From the NCBI RefSeq assembly GCF_009914755.1, contig NC_060927.1: 64,000 nt of DNA. The stretch is one strand, 5' to 3'. Source of the DNA: the human T2T-CHM13v2.0 reference genome, Homo sapiens. Shown here piece by piece: positions 31,158-47,882 of this stretch. Below the pieces are notes generated by a model, which was not told where the DNA came from, did not search any database, and was given only the letters and a program-made list of their open reading frames with translations. Numbering within the stretch: the stretch's first letter is position 1; each line of letters opens with the position of its first letter. A program made the translations under genes and the position numbers.

Positions 31158-31511
31158 GAAAAAGGAATGAGATGATGTCCTTTGCAGGGATGTGGATGGA
31201 ACTGGAAACCATTATCCTCAGCAAACTAACACAGGGAGAGAAAACCAAACACCGCATGTTCTCACTTATAAGTGGGAGCCGAATAGTGATAACACATGGA
31301 TCCAGGGAGGGGAGCAACACACACTAGGGTCTGTCTGGGCTGGGGGTTGGGGGAGGGAGAGCATCAGGAAAAATAAATAGCTAATGCATGCTGGGCTTAA
31401 TACCTAGGTGGTGGGTTGATATGTGCACCAAACCACCATGGCACACATTTACCTATGTAACAAACCTCCACATCTGGCACATGTACACCAGAAATTAAAT
31501 TAAAAAATAAA
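31158..31511 (+). mobile_element. 5'-truncated L1PA (older PA12-16-like) 3' end
   Basis: atgtcctttgcaggga, catgttctcacttataagtgggag, acctatgtaacaaacct, A-rich tail. Confidence 0.92.
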
Positions 31512-32829
31512 GCAGTCATAGACAGTTTTAAAGGACTAATTATGCTGTGTTCCAATAAAACTTTAATTACAAAAAAAATGAGAAAAAGAGCAACAACCAC
31601 AAAATTAGCAGGGGACTTAAGGAAAGATATGTAAAGATGATTCAAAAACAAAATGAACAAGACAACTAAAACAGAGATAAAAAGCATGCATGATAATAAT
31701 TTTATAACAATGCAGATGAGAAGGATGGCCAAGGGTTAACAATGGAGTTTTACAGGAACACTGACTAATCAGAATGGGCACCAGCCAATCAAAATGGACC
31801 CTTATGTTTTCTGGAGCTTAAAGGAGACATCATTCCTGGTGACGTGGAATAAAGGAAGAGGTGATAAGGCATGGAAACAGATGAAATGCCAGCTGGAATA
31901 TGTCCGAATACGTGGAAATATAAGAGTTATAATGTCACTTTAGAATCTGACTAAAGAGTGGACAATGCTAAAAACAGGGACATTTAGTATGGATACGAGA
32001 AAATCAAGCAAAGTAAATGGGGGAAGAGTAATAGATACGGAAGAAAAAGGAGATTCAAAGTAAATAAAATTGAAGTTTCCTGAAGAAAAGGTTGGAATGT
32101 GTATTAAAGGTTATAGAGGACAACGTTCCTCATAATAAGTCTTATAAGGAGTTGACCAGGCACATTCAACATTGTTGGGTATTTTATTTATCTTTCTGGA
32201 TATTAAAGAACTCTGTTGGAAAGGATACTTCCTTGAAACTGAAAAAAAAATTCTATGGGGGCATCAGGGCCAAAACTCACATTACATGTAGGAAAGTTAC
32301 ATCTCTATAGCAACATTCAATGGGAGAAGACAGTGGTATAAATTCTACAAAGTTCTTGGCAAGAGACATAGTGTGCAAGTCATACAAATTCATGGAATAT
32401 TATTCATAAACTCTTCTTTAAAACAAACAAAAATATAAACCTTGATATTATATTCTCACCAATAAACATGAATAGGAACTCTATCTAACCAGCTTCAACC
32501 ATAGAACTCTGGGGGAAAGTAGGGTGGAGGGAGGGGCAGGGCAGCATTCACTGCTGAGACCACATCCGAGTCATTAAGTCTCACTACTATCAATAATAAT
32601 GCTGGCAAACTGCTACAAATTACCCCAGATCTTCTCAGACTCACAGTTACAAAGCAATGCTATTAAGCAATATGTTTCATGCCTTGAGTAAGGGTCAATG
32701 CCATGAAGGAAACTCAGTAAAGCATCACTGGCCAAAAAATCTATACCTGTTGAGGTAAATTCTAGCAGCACAGTTTCCATCCCAGTATTACTGAGAATTT
32801 TGGGGGGTTGTATACTCATAATACATACC

Positions 32830-33950
32830 TCCAAATCTTAGGATGCACGTATACTCAGTTCCAGATTGTCTTGCAGAATAGCTGCATCAATGTACACCCT
32901 CAATTACTACACAGGAATTCTTGACTAACCATATTATTGCCAACACTACTAGGTAATATTACTTTTCTACTATATAGAAATAAAATACTTTTTTGATGTT
33001 TAATTTTCTCATTTAACAACACAATATTTAATGATGATGGGGAGATTCAGCATTTCTTTACTTTCATGTTGATACTTCCATGAAATTGCTGTTCATCTTC
33101 TTTTATCCTAATTTATACTGAATTTTCTATAATTATCTTCCATATTTTGAGAAGTTTTTGGTACATATTAATACCAACTATCTATTTTGTAGAATTAATC
33201 TCATAACTTGGAAATATTTTCTTTTATTTTATCTATTTTTTTCACTTTGTGATTGAATAGAACAGGCTCTAATTTTGCTATAGTCAAATCCTTCTTTTTA
33301 TGTTCCCAGATTTTGTGCATTTGAGACCTTTTTGAATAAATCTATCCTATTCCTAAATCTGGTTCTTTTACCATTTTTTATTTCTAGAAAAATTTTATAC
33401 ATTTTAATGCACGTAAAGCCCACTTTTGTATGTATTTATATTAAAGAATAATTGCCTTTAGTATGCTAATTCTCCCAATATCAATCTACCAAGCAATCTG
33501 TGATTTCCATTGCTTTTTGTTATCATTGTTACTATAATTTCAAATATGTCAACTACATATCAGAACTCTATGTTTTATTCCATTTGTTTCCTCAAGAGGC
33601 GATTCCACACTATCTCCATTACTTGGACTTGGCATTATGGCTAATTATCTGGTATAAAGAATTTGTCTCTGTAATTCTCCTTTATTTAAGCTGGATTAGC
33701 TCTCTATTGAAATTTTTTGTCTTTTTACTTGTATTTTTCAATGAGCAATACACATTCCAGCTGAAATTGTGATTGAGATGTATTGAATCTGTAGATAAAC
33801 TTGAGGCAATTGTCATTTTTTCCATGTTACATCATATTAACATTGTATATTATATCCCTACATTATTTAAATGTTCCTTTATTTCTTATATTCAAATTTT
33901 AACTTTTTTTACAGGATCTTTTATTTTCACAAATAAATTTAAACAGCATG
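32830..33950 (-). mobile_element. Highly diverged L1M fragment
   Basis: ttgccaacact, ttgagatgtattgaatctgtagataa, T-rich antisense ORF2 pattern. Confidence 0.5.
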
Positions 33951-35139
33951 TGTTTTATAACCTTCCTGTTATGCAATAAAGTAAACGGAATATGTGGAAA
34001 TATATGACAGATGATAAATCATAATCAACATATATTTCTCAGTCCAAATACATTTTTCCTACTAATATTACCAATTTTACAGTTTTGTATAGTGTTTATA
34101 TGCAATCATTATAATTTGTATATTTATATAATGTACTTATATACATTTATATTGAAATAATATAAATGTTTGTATAAAATAAATATATATATATAAACAT
34201 GAAATAAATACTAAAATTACTTTATTCCCACTAGGTAAATGTAAACTGTTATTTGTCCATTTTTATAGATTTAAAATAATAGGGCTTTATACTGTTAATA
34301 CTATGCTTAAATTGAAAAGATGAAGCTCCTAAAATATTATAAAATAATTGTGGGTAATTTTAATATTATGGTCATTATTTCTTTCCTTCTGAAAAATAAA
34401 AACTACAGTTAACATTATATGAGAAAAAAACTTGCAGGGATAAAAGTATGTCACATATGGCCAAATCTATCCATAATTAATATTTGCTGTTTTATAACCA
34501 CTGGAATTCAATGTAGATAATTACCTCATAAGAATAAAAAGAATAGTTTGCATTTATGAAATGCAAATAAAATGGTTAGTATATGCAACATTGTATTTTC
34601 TGGCTGATAAATTTATAAAGAAAAATAACTGAAAAGATTTGGTGATAGATGAATACCTTACTCTTAGAAAATAGTATAAAGCATGAACTTATTTGACTTA
34701 AATTATGATTTTTAGGCACATAATTGTTAATTATTAATTTCTTTTGATGAAAAGATCAAATGGAATGAGTACAGAAAACTGTGATATTTATACTCTATAT
34801 CACATGATAACTCACACATTATTTTGAGTTTGAATGTATTTTCGAATGATTTGGCTTCTTTTTTTGTTGTTTTAAAAAATTGCCAAAGTCACATAAACCT
34901 ATGTTATAGCTATTTATTTTTATCTAGCTTTCTGGCCACTTCTTATTATGTAATCAGGCTTTTTACTCTCCTGGGATGTAAGTCTTAAAGAGCTCACAAA
35001 CACATGTAAAAGGATTTAGATTCTCTCCTTGAGCTAACAGGTTATTCTATAGTTCCTTTTTCTTCTTTTTTTTGTCTTTTTTTTTGAGTCATAACTGATA
35101 TCTGCTAACAGAAATTTTTCACTCACGTTATTTAAAATT

Positions 35140-35735
35140 TATAATTATTTTAAAGTAAGCATTTAGGCATCTTGATGTATACCGTACCAGAACATTGAGA
35201 ACTAGAGACCTAAATTTGAAAAGCAATACTTTAAAATATTTAGAAGAAATATCTAAAAAAATAGACTTGTTGATTTGAGAAAACAAAATATTTCTTTAAA
35301 ATGATTTTTTATTTAAAAAGCAAGCACAAATTATTAAAATATTGATTACTTTGCTTATAATGACATAATTTACATATATTTGTGCTTATAAATAAAGGAC
35401 AAGCTACAGACAGGAAGACACATTTCCAAAAATCACAAAAACTAGGTTTGCAATTGAGAACTTGAAAAAATTTCTGAGTCGATTAAGAAAAAAACAAAAG
35501 GTAAATCATACATTGCAAATATTATAATTAGACAGTTAACAGTAAAGAAAAACAAATAGTCAATAAATGTATTATGCTGAAATTTATTACCAATTTTACT
35601 AATCAGGTATCATTTCACACCTATCAGAAAAAAGACCTGGGCATCTTGGCCAGTATTATGAGAAACAAGAGAAATTCTTACTTCCCCATGAGAAGTTTGA
35701 ATAATATAGTATATATTCAAAAGCATGTGTTCTAG
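35140..35735 (+). mobile_element. Highly diverged L1M ORF2 fragment
   Basis: agacctaaat, aaaatatttagaagaaa, acaagctacagacaggaagacacattt, catttcacacctatcaga. Confidence 0.55.
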
Positions 35736-35809
35736 AATTAGTCCTTTTCTGTTTCAAAACTGTTATACCCCTTAGCTTTATATGCTTTGAGCAAGCTACT
35801 TATCTTGCT

Positions 35810-36235
35810 ATGAGACAATGCTCTATGTGTCTCCTGCATTTCTGCATGTCCTGTGAGTAGAGCACTAAGTACTCTTCATTCAGAATTTTTGAGGATATTT
35901 AGTAAACAGTCTTTGAAGATACAATGTCTCCCTCTGGAACAAAGGGCAGGGCAGGCACACTTTTAGCCTATTATTAAAGGTTCTTGAAGCTCAATGTTCC
36001 TCTTCTATCCTGCAGCCCACTGCACATGCTGACATTGCATGACCCTTCTCATGGGAATTGGGTTTTGGGGAGTCACTGCAATAAATGCTGATACTATGGC
36101 TACTGTTATTGCTATAAGAAATAAATGGTCCTTTGTCTAACCTAGAAGTCTTATGTCTTCTACAGGTGAATCTTTGGTAGACTAACTAGTGAGCTTGCAA
36201 GTGGGGTGACATCTCAGACCTTTACAATCCATTGC
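35810..36235 (+). mobile_element. Old ERV solo LTR (subfamily uncertain) inserted into a MIR (35770-35810, 36240-36385)
   Basis: tgtctccctctggaacaaagggcagg, atgctgatactatggctactg..aataaa..cctttgtct; MIR halves gagcaagctactta / tctctg..catctgtataatgg flank it. Confidence 0.6.
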
Positions 36236-36417
36236 AAATGTCTCTGCTTAACTTGTTTTTATCATCTGTATAATGGCAGTGTGTGTGTGGAAATATTTTT
36301 TATTCATAGGACGGTAATATTTACCTAAATTAAAATGCAAACTGTTTAGAACAGTGTTTTGGTACCAAGTAAGTGTTCAACATTATTCTGTGAATGTGAA
36401 GTTCCAAAAACTATCCA

Positions 36418-37419
36418 GTAAATATTTTTCTCCCATTCTGTAGGTTGTCTCTTCACTTGGTTGATTGTTTCCTTTGCTGTGTTTTTCCTTGATATAATCC
36501 ATTGGTCAATTTTTGCTTATGTTGCCTGTGCTTTTCAGCTCTTACTTCAATGGCTTTGCCTGGACAAATGTTCTAAAGCATTTCCCCAAAGTTTTCTTCT
36601 TGTAGTTTTCTAGCTTCAGGTCTTACATTTAAGTCTTTAATACATTTTGGCTTTAATTTTTGTATATGATGAGATATAGGAATCTAGTTTATTTGCTCTG
36701 TAGATGAACAGCACAATTTATTGAAAAAACTGCCCTTTCTTCAATGTGTGTTCTTGGTGTCTTTGTTGAAAATGTGTTGGTTGTAAATGCGGGATTTATT
36801 TCTGGGTTCCCTGTTTTGTTGCATTGGTCTATGTATCTGTTTTATGCTAGTTCCATGGTGTTTTGGTTACCAGAGTTTTATAGTATATTTTGAAGTCAGG
36901 TAGTGTGATGCTTCCAGCTTTATCTTTGTGTTCAAGATTATTTTGGCTATTTGAGGTCTTTTGTGACTCCAAGAGAATTTTAGGATTGTTTATTCTACTT
37001 TCGTGAAGAAGATCATTGGTATTTTGAGAGGAATTGCATTAAATCTTCAGATCAGTTTGGGTAGGATTAACATTTTTAACAACATTAATTTTCCCAAACC
37101 ATGAACATGGACTATCTTTTCACTTATTTTGTGTCCTCTTTAATATCTTGCATCAATGTTTTATAGTTTTAATTGTAGAAATCTTCACTTCTTTGGGTAA
37201 ATTTATTCTTAGGTATTTTTTGAAGTTATGTGAACAGAATTGCTTTCTTGATTTCTATTTCAGATTGTTCATTGTTGCCATATAGAAATGCTACTTATTT
37301 GTATATATCGATTCTGTATCCTGGAAATTTATTGAATTCATTTATCAGTTATAAGAGCTTTTTGGTAGAAGCTTTGTGTGTTCTTAAATATAAGATTATG
37401 TCATCTGCAAACAAGGACA
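36418..37419 (-). mobile_element. Inverted 5' part of a twin-primed L1MA
   Basis: Antisense ORF2 from aatatttttctcccattctgtaggttgtc to tatgtcatctgcaaacaaggacaa. Confidence 0.9.
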
Positions 37420-38441
37420 AGGGATTAATAACTAAAATATATAAATAAGCCAAACAATAGCAAAAAAAATCTGATTTAAAAATGGGCAAAATATGTGAAT
37501 AAACATTTCTCAAAAGAAAACATACAAATGGCCAACAGTTGTATAAACATGTTTAACATCCCTAATCATTAACAAACTGCAATTCAAAACCACACTGACA
37601 TACCATCTAGTCTCAGTTAAAATAGCTGTTATCAAAAAGATGGAAAATAATAGATGCTGGTGAGAATGTGGAGAAAGGGGAATGCTTGTACTACTGGTGG
37701 AAATGTGAATCAGCATAGAAACTATGGAAAACACTATTGAGGCAGCTCAAAAAACTCAAAATAGAGTTGCCGTATGTTCCCACAATCTCACTACTGAGTA
37801 TATATCCAAAAGGAAGGAAATCAGTATATAAAAGAGATATCCGCACATCCACATTTATTGCACAATATTCACAATATTCAAGATATAGAATCAACCTAAA
37901 TGTTTACCAACAAATGAATGGATTAAAAATATGGTATATGTTTGCAATGGAATATTCTTTAGCCATAAGAAAGAATGAAATCCTAACATTTGCATCAACA
38001 TGGATGGAACTGGAGGACATTGAGTTAAGTGAAATAAACCAGGCAGAGAAAAATAAAATATCACATATTCTCACTCATATTTGGAATCTAAAAAATTTGA
38101 TCTTATGGAAGTAATAAGTAGAGTGATGGTGACCAAAGGCGGGGAAGGGTGAGGTTGGGGTTGTGTGAAAAGAAGATAGTTAATGAGTATTAAAATACAG
38201 TTTAAGTAGAAAGTATGAATTCTAGTGTTCAATAGCACTTTAGGATGACTGGAGTTAACAATAACTTATTACATATTTTAAAGTAGGTAGAAGACAAGAT
38301 TGGGAATTTTCTAATACAAATAAATAATAAATGTTTGAAGTGGTGAATATGCAAATTACTCTGGTTTTACACATTGTACACATGTATTGAAATATTATAT
38401 GTATGCCAAGAATATTTACAACTATTCTGTATCAATAAAAA
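37415..38441 (+). mobile_element. Sense 3' part of the same L1MA (ORF2 C-terminus and 3'UTR)
   Basis: LKKLKIELPYVPTISLLSIYPK..EILTFASTWMELEDI; L1MA-type 3'UTR ending atcaataaaaa. Confidence 0.9.
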
Positions 38442-38959
38442 TTACGAAACATTAATTACTATTTCCTTTCTATAGATGTATATATGTGTAATAACACAAT
38501 TTTAAAATATGTAATAATGGACTCCAAATTAATTGTAGTTGTTAATGGGAGGTAAGAAGACAAATGGGATCAAGAGGCATTGTGTAGAGTGCTTTGGCTC
38601 TATCTACTCTATTGTAGTGTTTTTTTAAAAAGTCTCTGAAAACAACACAAAAAATATGTTAAGATTTCAAAAGGCTGACTGTTGTGAACATGGTTTTTTA
38701 CTTTATCACTATATATACTCACATATATATTGAAAATATTTTATAAAATACATTTTTTAAATATATGCAGCACGTTATTTTGAGTGACAATTTTAGGACT
38801 CCAGAGTTGTTATTTTTTAAATGTGAAACAGCACATTTAGAAAAAACTTTCTACTTATTTGAAAGACAATCTAAACCACTGTTACCATTTTACCTATTTT
38901 CCTAGCTCTTTATTTTTATTCATAATTTTTTTTCCTGGCACCTCCTTAGCTTATTACAT

Positions 38960-39800
38960 TCTGTGACAGTTGCAAAGATGATCATAGATTTTTGACACTC
39001 TTTACATCTTCTCCCTGGTCTAAATGACTTGCTTGTAATTACTGAATGCACCTGCAGGGACCCCAAGAGCAGGTCACTGATGCCATGCAGCTTCCACCCT
39101 GCTTGCTAGACTACCGACTCTTGGAACCCTGAGCTACCACGTAAAACATCAAAGTACTCTGAGTCTACTGTGCTGAGATTGACCCAAGTGCACGTTCTCT
39201 GGGACACTCAAGTCCAATGCCAGACATGTGAAAAGCATCATACATCTGACCCTTGCCCTCAGATATTTAAGTCATCCCTTTCCTCTCCCACTCCCATCCC
39301 ACCTAGTCTCCTGAGTTTGTGTAGCAGAGAAAAACCATCCCCACTATGGCCTCACAGAATTCCTTTGAACATAATAGAATGTTTATTGTTGCTCACTGAT
39401 ATGGTTTGGCTGTGTGCCCAGCAAATCTCATATTGAATTCCCACCTGTTGTGGGAGGGACCTGGTGTGAGGTAATCAAATCATGGGGGCAGATCTTTCCT
39501 GTGCTGTTCTCGTGATAGTGAATAAGTCTTATGAGATCTGATGATTATATAAGGGGGAGTTTCCCTGCACAAGCTCTCTTCTCTTGTCTGCTGCCATGTA
39601 AGACATACCTTTCCCCTTCTGCCATGATTGTGAGCCATCCCCAGCCACAAGGAACTATGAGTTCTCCATTAAACCTTTTTCCTTTGTAAATTGCCCAGTC
39701 TCAGGTATGTCTTTATCAGCAGCATACACTAAGTACACTAAGTACTTACTAATACACCAAGTTTGCGCATGTTCATATGTGGCAATAGATAACTAATAAG
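38960..39800 (+). mobile_element. Old MLT1-type LTR interrupted by THE1
   Basis: ccatgcagcttccacc..ctcttggaaccctgagctaccacgtaa; resumes ccaagttt..gcaatagataactaata after THE1. Confidence 0.65.
39397..39755 (+). mobile_element. THE1 (A/B-like) solo LTR
   Basis: tgatatggtttggctgtg...ccagtctcaggtatgtctttatcagcagcat...ctaataca. Confidence 0.93.
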
Positions 39801-40668
39801 CTTCCCTTAAAAATATCTTATTTGATGGTTACAATGGTGGTAGAGGTAAGCTGAGTGTACATGTCATTTAAACAAAGTCAGCATTTGTGCAGATGATCAG
39901 AGTACAAGAATAAGGAGTACAACAAGGAGCAGCAAAGGATGGCTGAAATAAAAACAAAATCGGAAAAAAATTCAAAATGATACTGAGCATGGTAATGTGG
40001 TTTGGTATGAGATAACTGTTGGAAAAACATGAGAATATTTTGAGTTCAACACCTATAAAACCAAAATGGTCATAACTGAAACGTGTTAGCATTTGATTAA
40101 GTTATAGGCAGCAATTTCAGAAGGTCAAATTATTTAATTAACCAGGGATGAATCTAGTCTTTTTCCCCCTTTTGTGAGATTTTATCAGAATATTGTAATG
40201 CTTAAAATTATATTTCTATGAATATATAATTTGGATGTAATAGGAATAAATATGTTATTATTATTTTTCCTTTTGATAGGTTGTTGGTAACACCTGTTCT
40301 CTGAGTTGTTCAAGCTAAATCTTTATAAAGCAAGTGCTGAAATTTGGGATCTTCCATCATATTATTTCATTTCCAAATTAATAGACTTTATTTATATAGA
40401 GTCATCTATCAATTTCTGTTTTTGAGAAAATCCAAATCATTTTCTGAGGAAATTTTTGCTCGCCCATAGAACCTCTTTTTCTCAGGTTCCTATTTTGATT
40501 AGATACTTATTTATATTAAAAATAAAAGAGGACAGCTTTGTTCCTTTTCATTGATTTTATTATTAGTCAAACAAATGTAAGTTCTTTAGATTTTTACTAG
40601 AAATTATAACTTTACACTTTCTGCAGCTAAAACTTATCCAAAATTGTGTATGATAACTACATGAAAGC

Positions 40669-43997
<3,329 letters not shown>

Positions 43998-44021
43998 TAT
44001 AAATGGGAGTTTTATAAAGGC

Positions 44022-46112
44022 GAGATGTGATAGTTTTATAAATGGGAGTTCCCCTGCCTTACAAGCTGCCTTTCCTGCCACCATGTAAGACATGCCTTTG
44101 CTTCTTTTTTGCCTTTCATCATGATTTTGAGGCCTCCCAGCCATGTAGAACTGAGTCCATTAAACCTCTTTCCTTTATAAATTACCCAGTCTCAGGTGTG
44201 TTTTTAGTAGCAGCATGAGAACAAATTAATACAGTAAATTGGTGCCAGCAGAGAGTAGGGTACTGCTGTAAAGATACCCAAAAGTTGTGGAAGTGATTTT
44301 GGAACTGGGTAACAGGCAGAAGTCGGAACAGTTTGCGGGGATCAGAAGAAGACAGGAAGATGTGGGAAAGTTTGGAACTTCCTAGAGACTTGTCAAATAG
44401 CTTTGACCAAATGCTGCTCATCTCAGATGGAGATGAAGAACTTGTTGGATACTGGAATAAAGGTGACTCTTGCTATGTTTTAGCAAAGAGACTGGAAGCA
44501 TTTTGCCCCTGCCCTAGAGATTTGTGGAACTTTGAACTTGAGAGAGATGATTTAGGGTATCTGGTGGAAGAAATTTCTAAGCAGCAAAGCATTCAAGATA
44601 TGACTTGGGTGCTGTTAAAGGCATTCAGTTTTATAAGGAAGCAGAGCATAAATGTTCAGTTAAGTTGCAGCCTGATAATGTGATAGAAAAGAAAATCCCA
44701 TTTTCCAAGGAGAAATCCAAGCCAGCTGCACATATTTGCATAAGTGATGAGGAACCAAATGCTAATCCCCAACACAATAGGGAAAATGTCTCCAGGGAAT
44801 GCCAGAGGTCTTCATGTCAGCCCCTCCCATCACGGGCCCAGAGGCCTAGGAGGAAAAAGTGGTTTCCTGAGCTGGCCCAGGGTCCCCGTTCAGTGTGCAG
44901 CCTAGGGACTTGGTGCCCTGCATCCCAGCCACTCCAACTGCAGATAAAAGGGCCAACATAGAGTTCTGGCTATGGCAGAAGGTGCAAGCCACAAGCCTTG
45001 GCAGCTTCCACATGTTGTTGAGCCTGCCAGTGTACAGAAGTCAAGAATTGGGGTTTAGGAACCTCCACCTAGATTTCAAAGGATGTATGGAAATGCTTGG
45101 ATGTTCAGGCAGAAGTTTGCTGCAGGGGCAGGGCTCTCATGGAAAACCTATGCTAGGGCAGTATGGAAGGGAAATGTGGGGTCAGAGCCCTCATTAAGTC
45201 CCTACTGGGGCACCACCTAGTGGAGCTTTGAGAAGTGGACCACTGTCCTCCAGACCCCAGAATGGTAGATCCACTGATGGCTTGCACGGTGCACCTGAAA
45301 AAGCCAGCCACTCAATGCCAGCCCATGAAAGCAGCCAGGAAGGAAGCTGTACTCTGAAAAGCCACAGGGGTGGAGCTGCCTAAGACCCTGGGAACCCACT
45401 CTTGCATCAGTGTGACCTGGATGTAAGACATGGAGTCAAAGGAGATCATTTTGCAGCTTTAAGATTTGACTGCCCCACTGGATTTTGCACTTGAATGGGT
45501 CTTGTAGCCCCTTTGTTTTGGTCAATTTCTCCCATTTGGAATGCCTGTAACCCCATTGTATCTATGAAGTAACTAACTTGCTTTTGATTTTACATATGAA
45601 AGTCCATATGTGGAATGGACTTTCCTTGTCTCGGATGAAACTTTGGGCTGTGGACTTTTGAATTAATGCTGAAATGAGTTAAGACTTTGTGGGACTATTA
45701 GGAAGGCATGATTGGTTTTGAAATGTGAAGACATGAGATTTTGGAGGGGCTGAGGTGGAATGACATGGTTTGGCTGTGTCCCCACCAAAATCTCATCTTG
45801 AACTCCCACGTGTTGTAGGAGGGACCTGGTGGGAGATAATTTAATTTGAGAGCAGATTTCTCCCCTCCTGTTTCTGTGATGGTGAGTCACAAGATCTGAT
45901 AGTTCTATAAAGAGCAGTTCCCCTGCATGAGCTCTCTCTCCCTTTGCCTGCTGCCATCCATGTAAGACATGACTTACTCCTCTTTGCCTTCCACTATGAT
46001 TGTGAGGCTTCCCCAGCAACATAAAAACATAAGTCCAATTAAACCTCTTTCTTTTGTAAATTGTCCAGTTTCAGATATGTCTTTATGAGCAGTGTGAAAA
46101 TGGAGTAATACA
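44022..46112 (+). mobile_element. THE1 MaLR provirus: partial 5' LTR (44022-44232), internal region (44233-45760), 3' LTR (45761-46112)
   Basis: ..ttaataca|gtaaattggtgcc junction; MaLR internal ORF remnant GSEEDRKMWESLELPRDL..LWNFELERDDLGYLVEEISKQQSIQ; purine tract then tgacatggtttggctgtg. Confidence 0.95.
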
Positions 46113-47727
46113 TGCTTATTATACAAAAATAGGTTGGGATCTAAGATTAATATCTAAGTTGACATTTTAAAAGAATTGTTAAGAATCCAAAGGTTAGAAG
46201 TGGTTAAAAGTAAGAGTCAATAAGAACTAAAAGAACGTCATAGAGACCTTCATAAAGGTAATAAATTGACTACATCTATTTTTGAGAAGGCTATCATAGT
46301 GACTCTACATATTTTTATTTATTCCTTGACTTTTGATTAAGTGTTCATTTTCAGTGCTAAAATTTTGAACTCCAGATAACTGAGCTTCACTGTAATATAA
46401 TTTTTGTCAAATCCTTTGTATTTATTAGAAATAATACATGATACATTACATTGTGTATTATATGTGTATACTTATTTTTATAATAAAATAACAAAATATT
46501 TAAAATGAGAATAATACAATATAAATAAACTAATACAATAATATAATTAAATATTACATGCATACTTATATAAACTTAGAGGATATCTCCATGTAGAAAT
46601 GTTCAACACCAAAATAGAGATATGCTTAGAATATTTGTCATGTGGCATATTGGTGAGTGTGGCTAGGATGAAATGTAATCAGCTAATAAAAAACACAAAG
46701 GCTAAGTGTTTGAAGGCACAAGAACCAGAGTGATGGAGAGAGGGATGCATAGAAAAGCATCCCCCCCAACAACACAGACAAACATCTACATCAATATGTC
46801 ACCCTTTCCTTTTCCTTGCTAACTTTGCAAAAACTTGGACACCAGAATACTGGCAACTGTAGAAGAGCATATCAAAAAATAGAATTTAAAGTGTTATCTA
46901 ACTCTAAGCACATCTGTTCTCTAAATCAGCTTCTCAAAGATACATTTCATTAAAATCAATCTTGCCAACCCTTGTCACTTAGTCATTGACTCTCTGTCAC
47001 TCTTTTACTGTCACCTTTCTTGACAGGATTTTGACAAGATCCAGAAGGTCAGTTAAGTTCTTTGCTGCTCTTTTCCATTAATGGTTTATTAACTAGGCAA
47101 GGCTAAATATATTCTTTTCTATTATGTGTCTCTAGCCAAAAACCGGCTCTGCAGAACAGTAGATTTCTTCCCAAATACCATGGAAGTATCATCTCCCTCA
47201 GTCTTAGAAAGAGCATGCATGCAGATGTTTTCAGTTACACTTAGACATAGTTTTTGTTTTATTAACTACAGTGGGCTTGAGACGTTTTTCTCTTTCTGAT
47301 AAAATCAGCATTTTTTTCAGAGTTCGTTTAAATTAATTTGAAAATATCATCTTTTTCATTTTTCCTTCCAGGTTGCTTTTTTCCTTTCTCTCAGACCTGG
47401 ATTTAGAATATTTCTCTTATTGTTAATTATATTCCATAGAAGTCACTAAAATATCTCTCTCAGTTAACACCCAATTAACTGAAGGACTTTAGAAGTAACC
47501 TTCCTCTGAAGCATACTCTGCATATTCACGGCTCCCTTTCTACAGTTTGCATTGCTATAGTGTTTCTCTCACTGCAGAGCTAACAGAAAGTAATTCCCTG
47601 AGGTCTAGTTCTAGGAGGATCTACTATTATTGCCTCCGTCAGGGGCCTTACCTCTTATCAAAAGGAGGGCCATTGCCATCAAAATATTTTTTAGAAAAAG
47701 AGATTTTTAAAATATAGGATTCTTGAA

Positions 47728-47882
47728 ATGCAGGGGTCTTTAAAACAGCCTGCAGAGTAACTATGAATCCTTAGATAGCATATGCTAAAGCGTGTCTTAA
47801 ATGTAAATTTCTAGGAAGATTAGTCATGGCTTTTTATCAAATTCTAGATGAATCTACAGCATTACCAAAATTAAATACTCTA
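47728..47882. mobile_element. Old non-autonomous hAT-like fragment
   Basis: cagggg start; ttctaggaagattagtcatggctttttatcaaattct resembles MER/Charlie derivatives. Confidence 0.4.

Noticed and set aside
44333-45197. ORFs in the THE1 internal region
   Set aside because: Fragmented remnants of the ordinary MaLR internal ORF.
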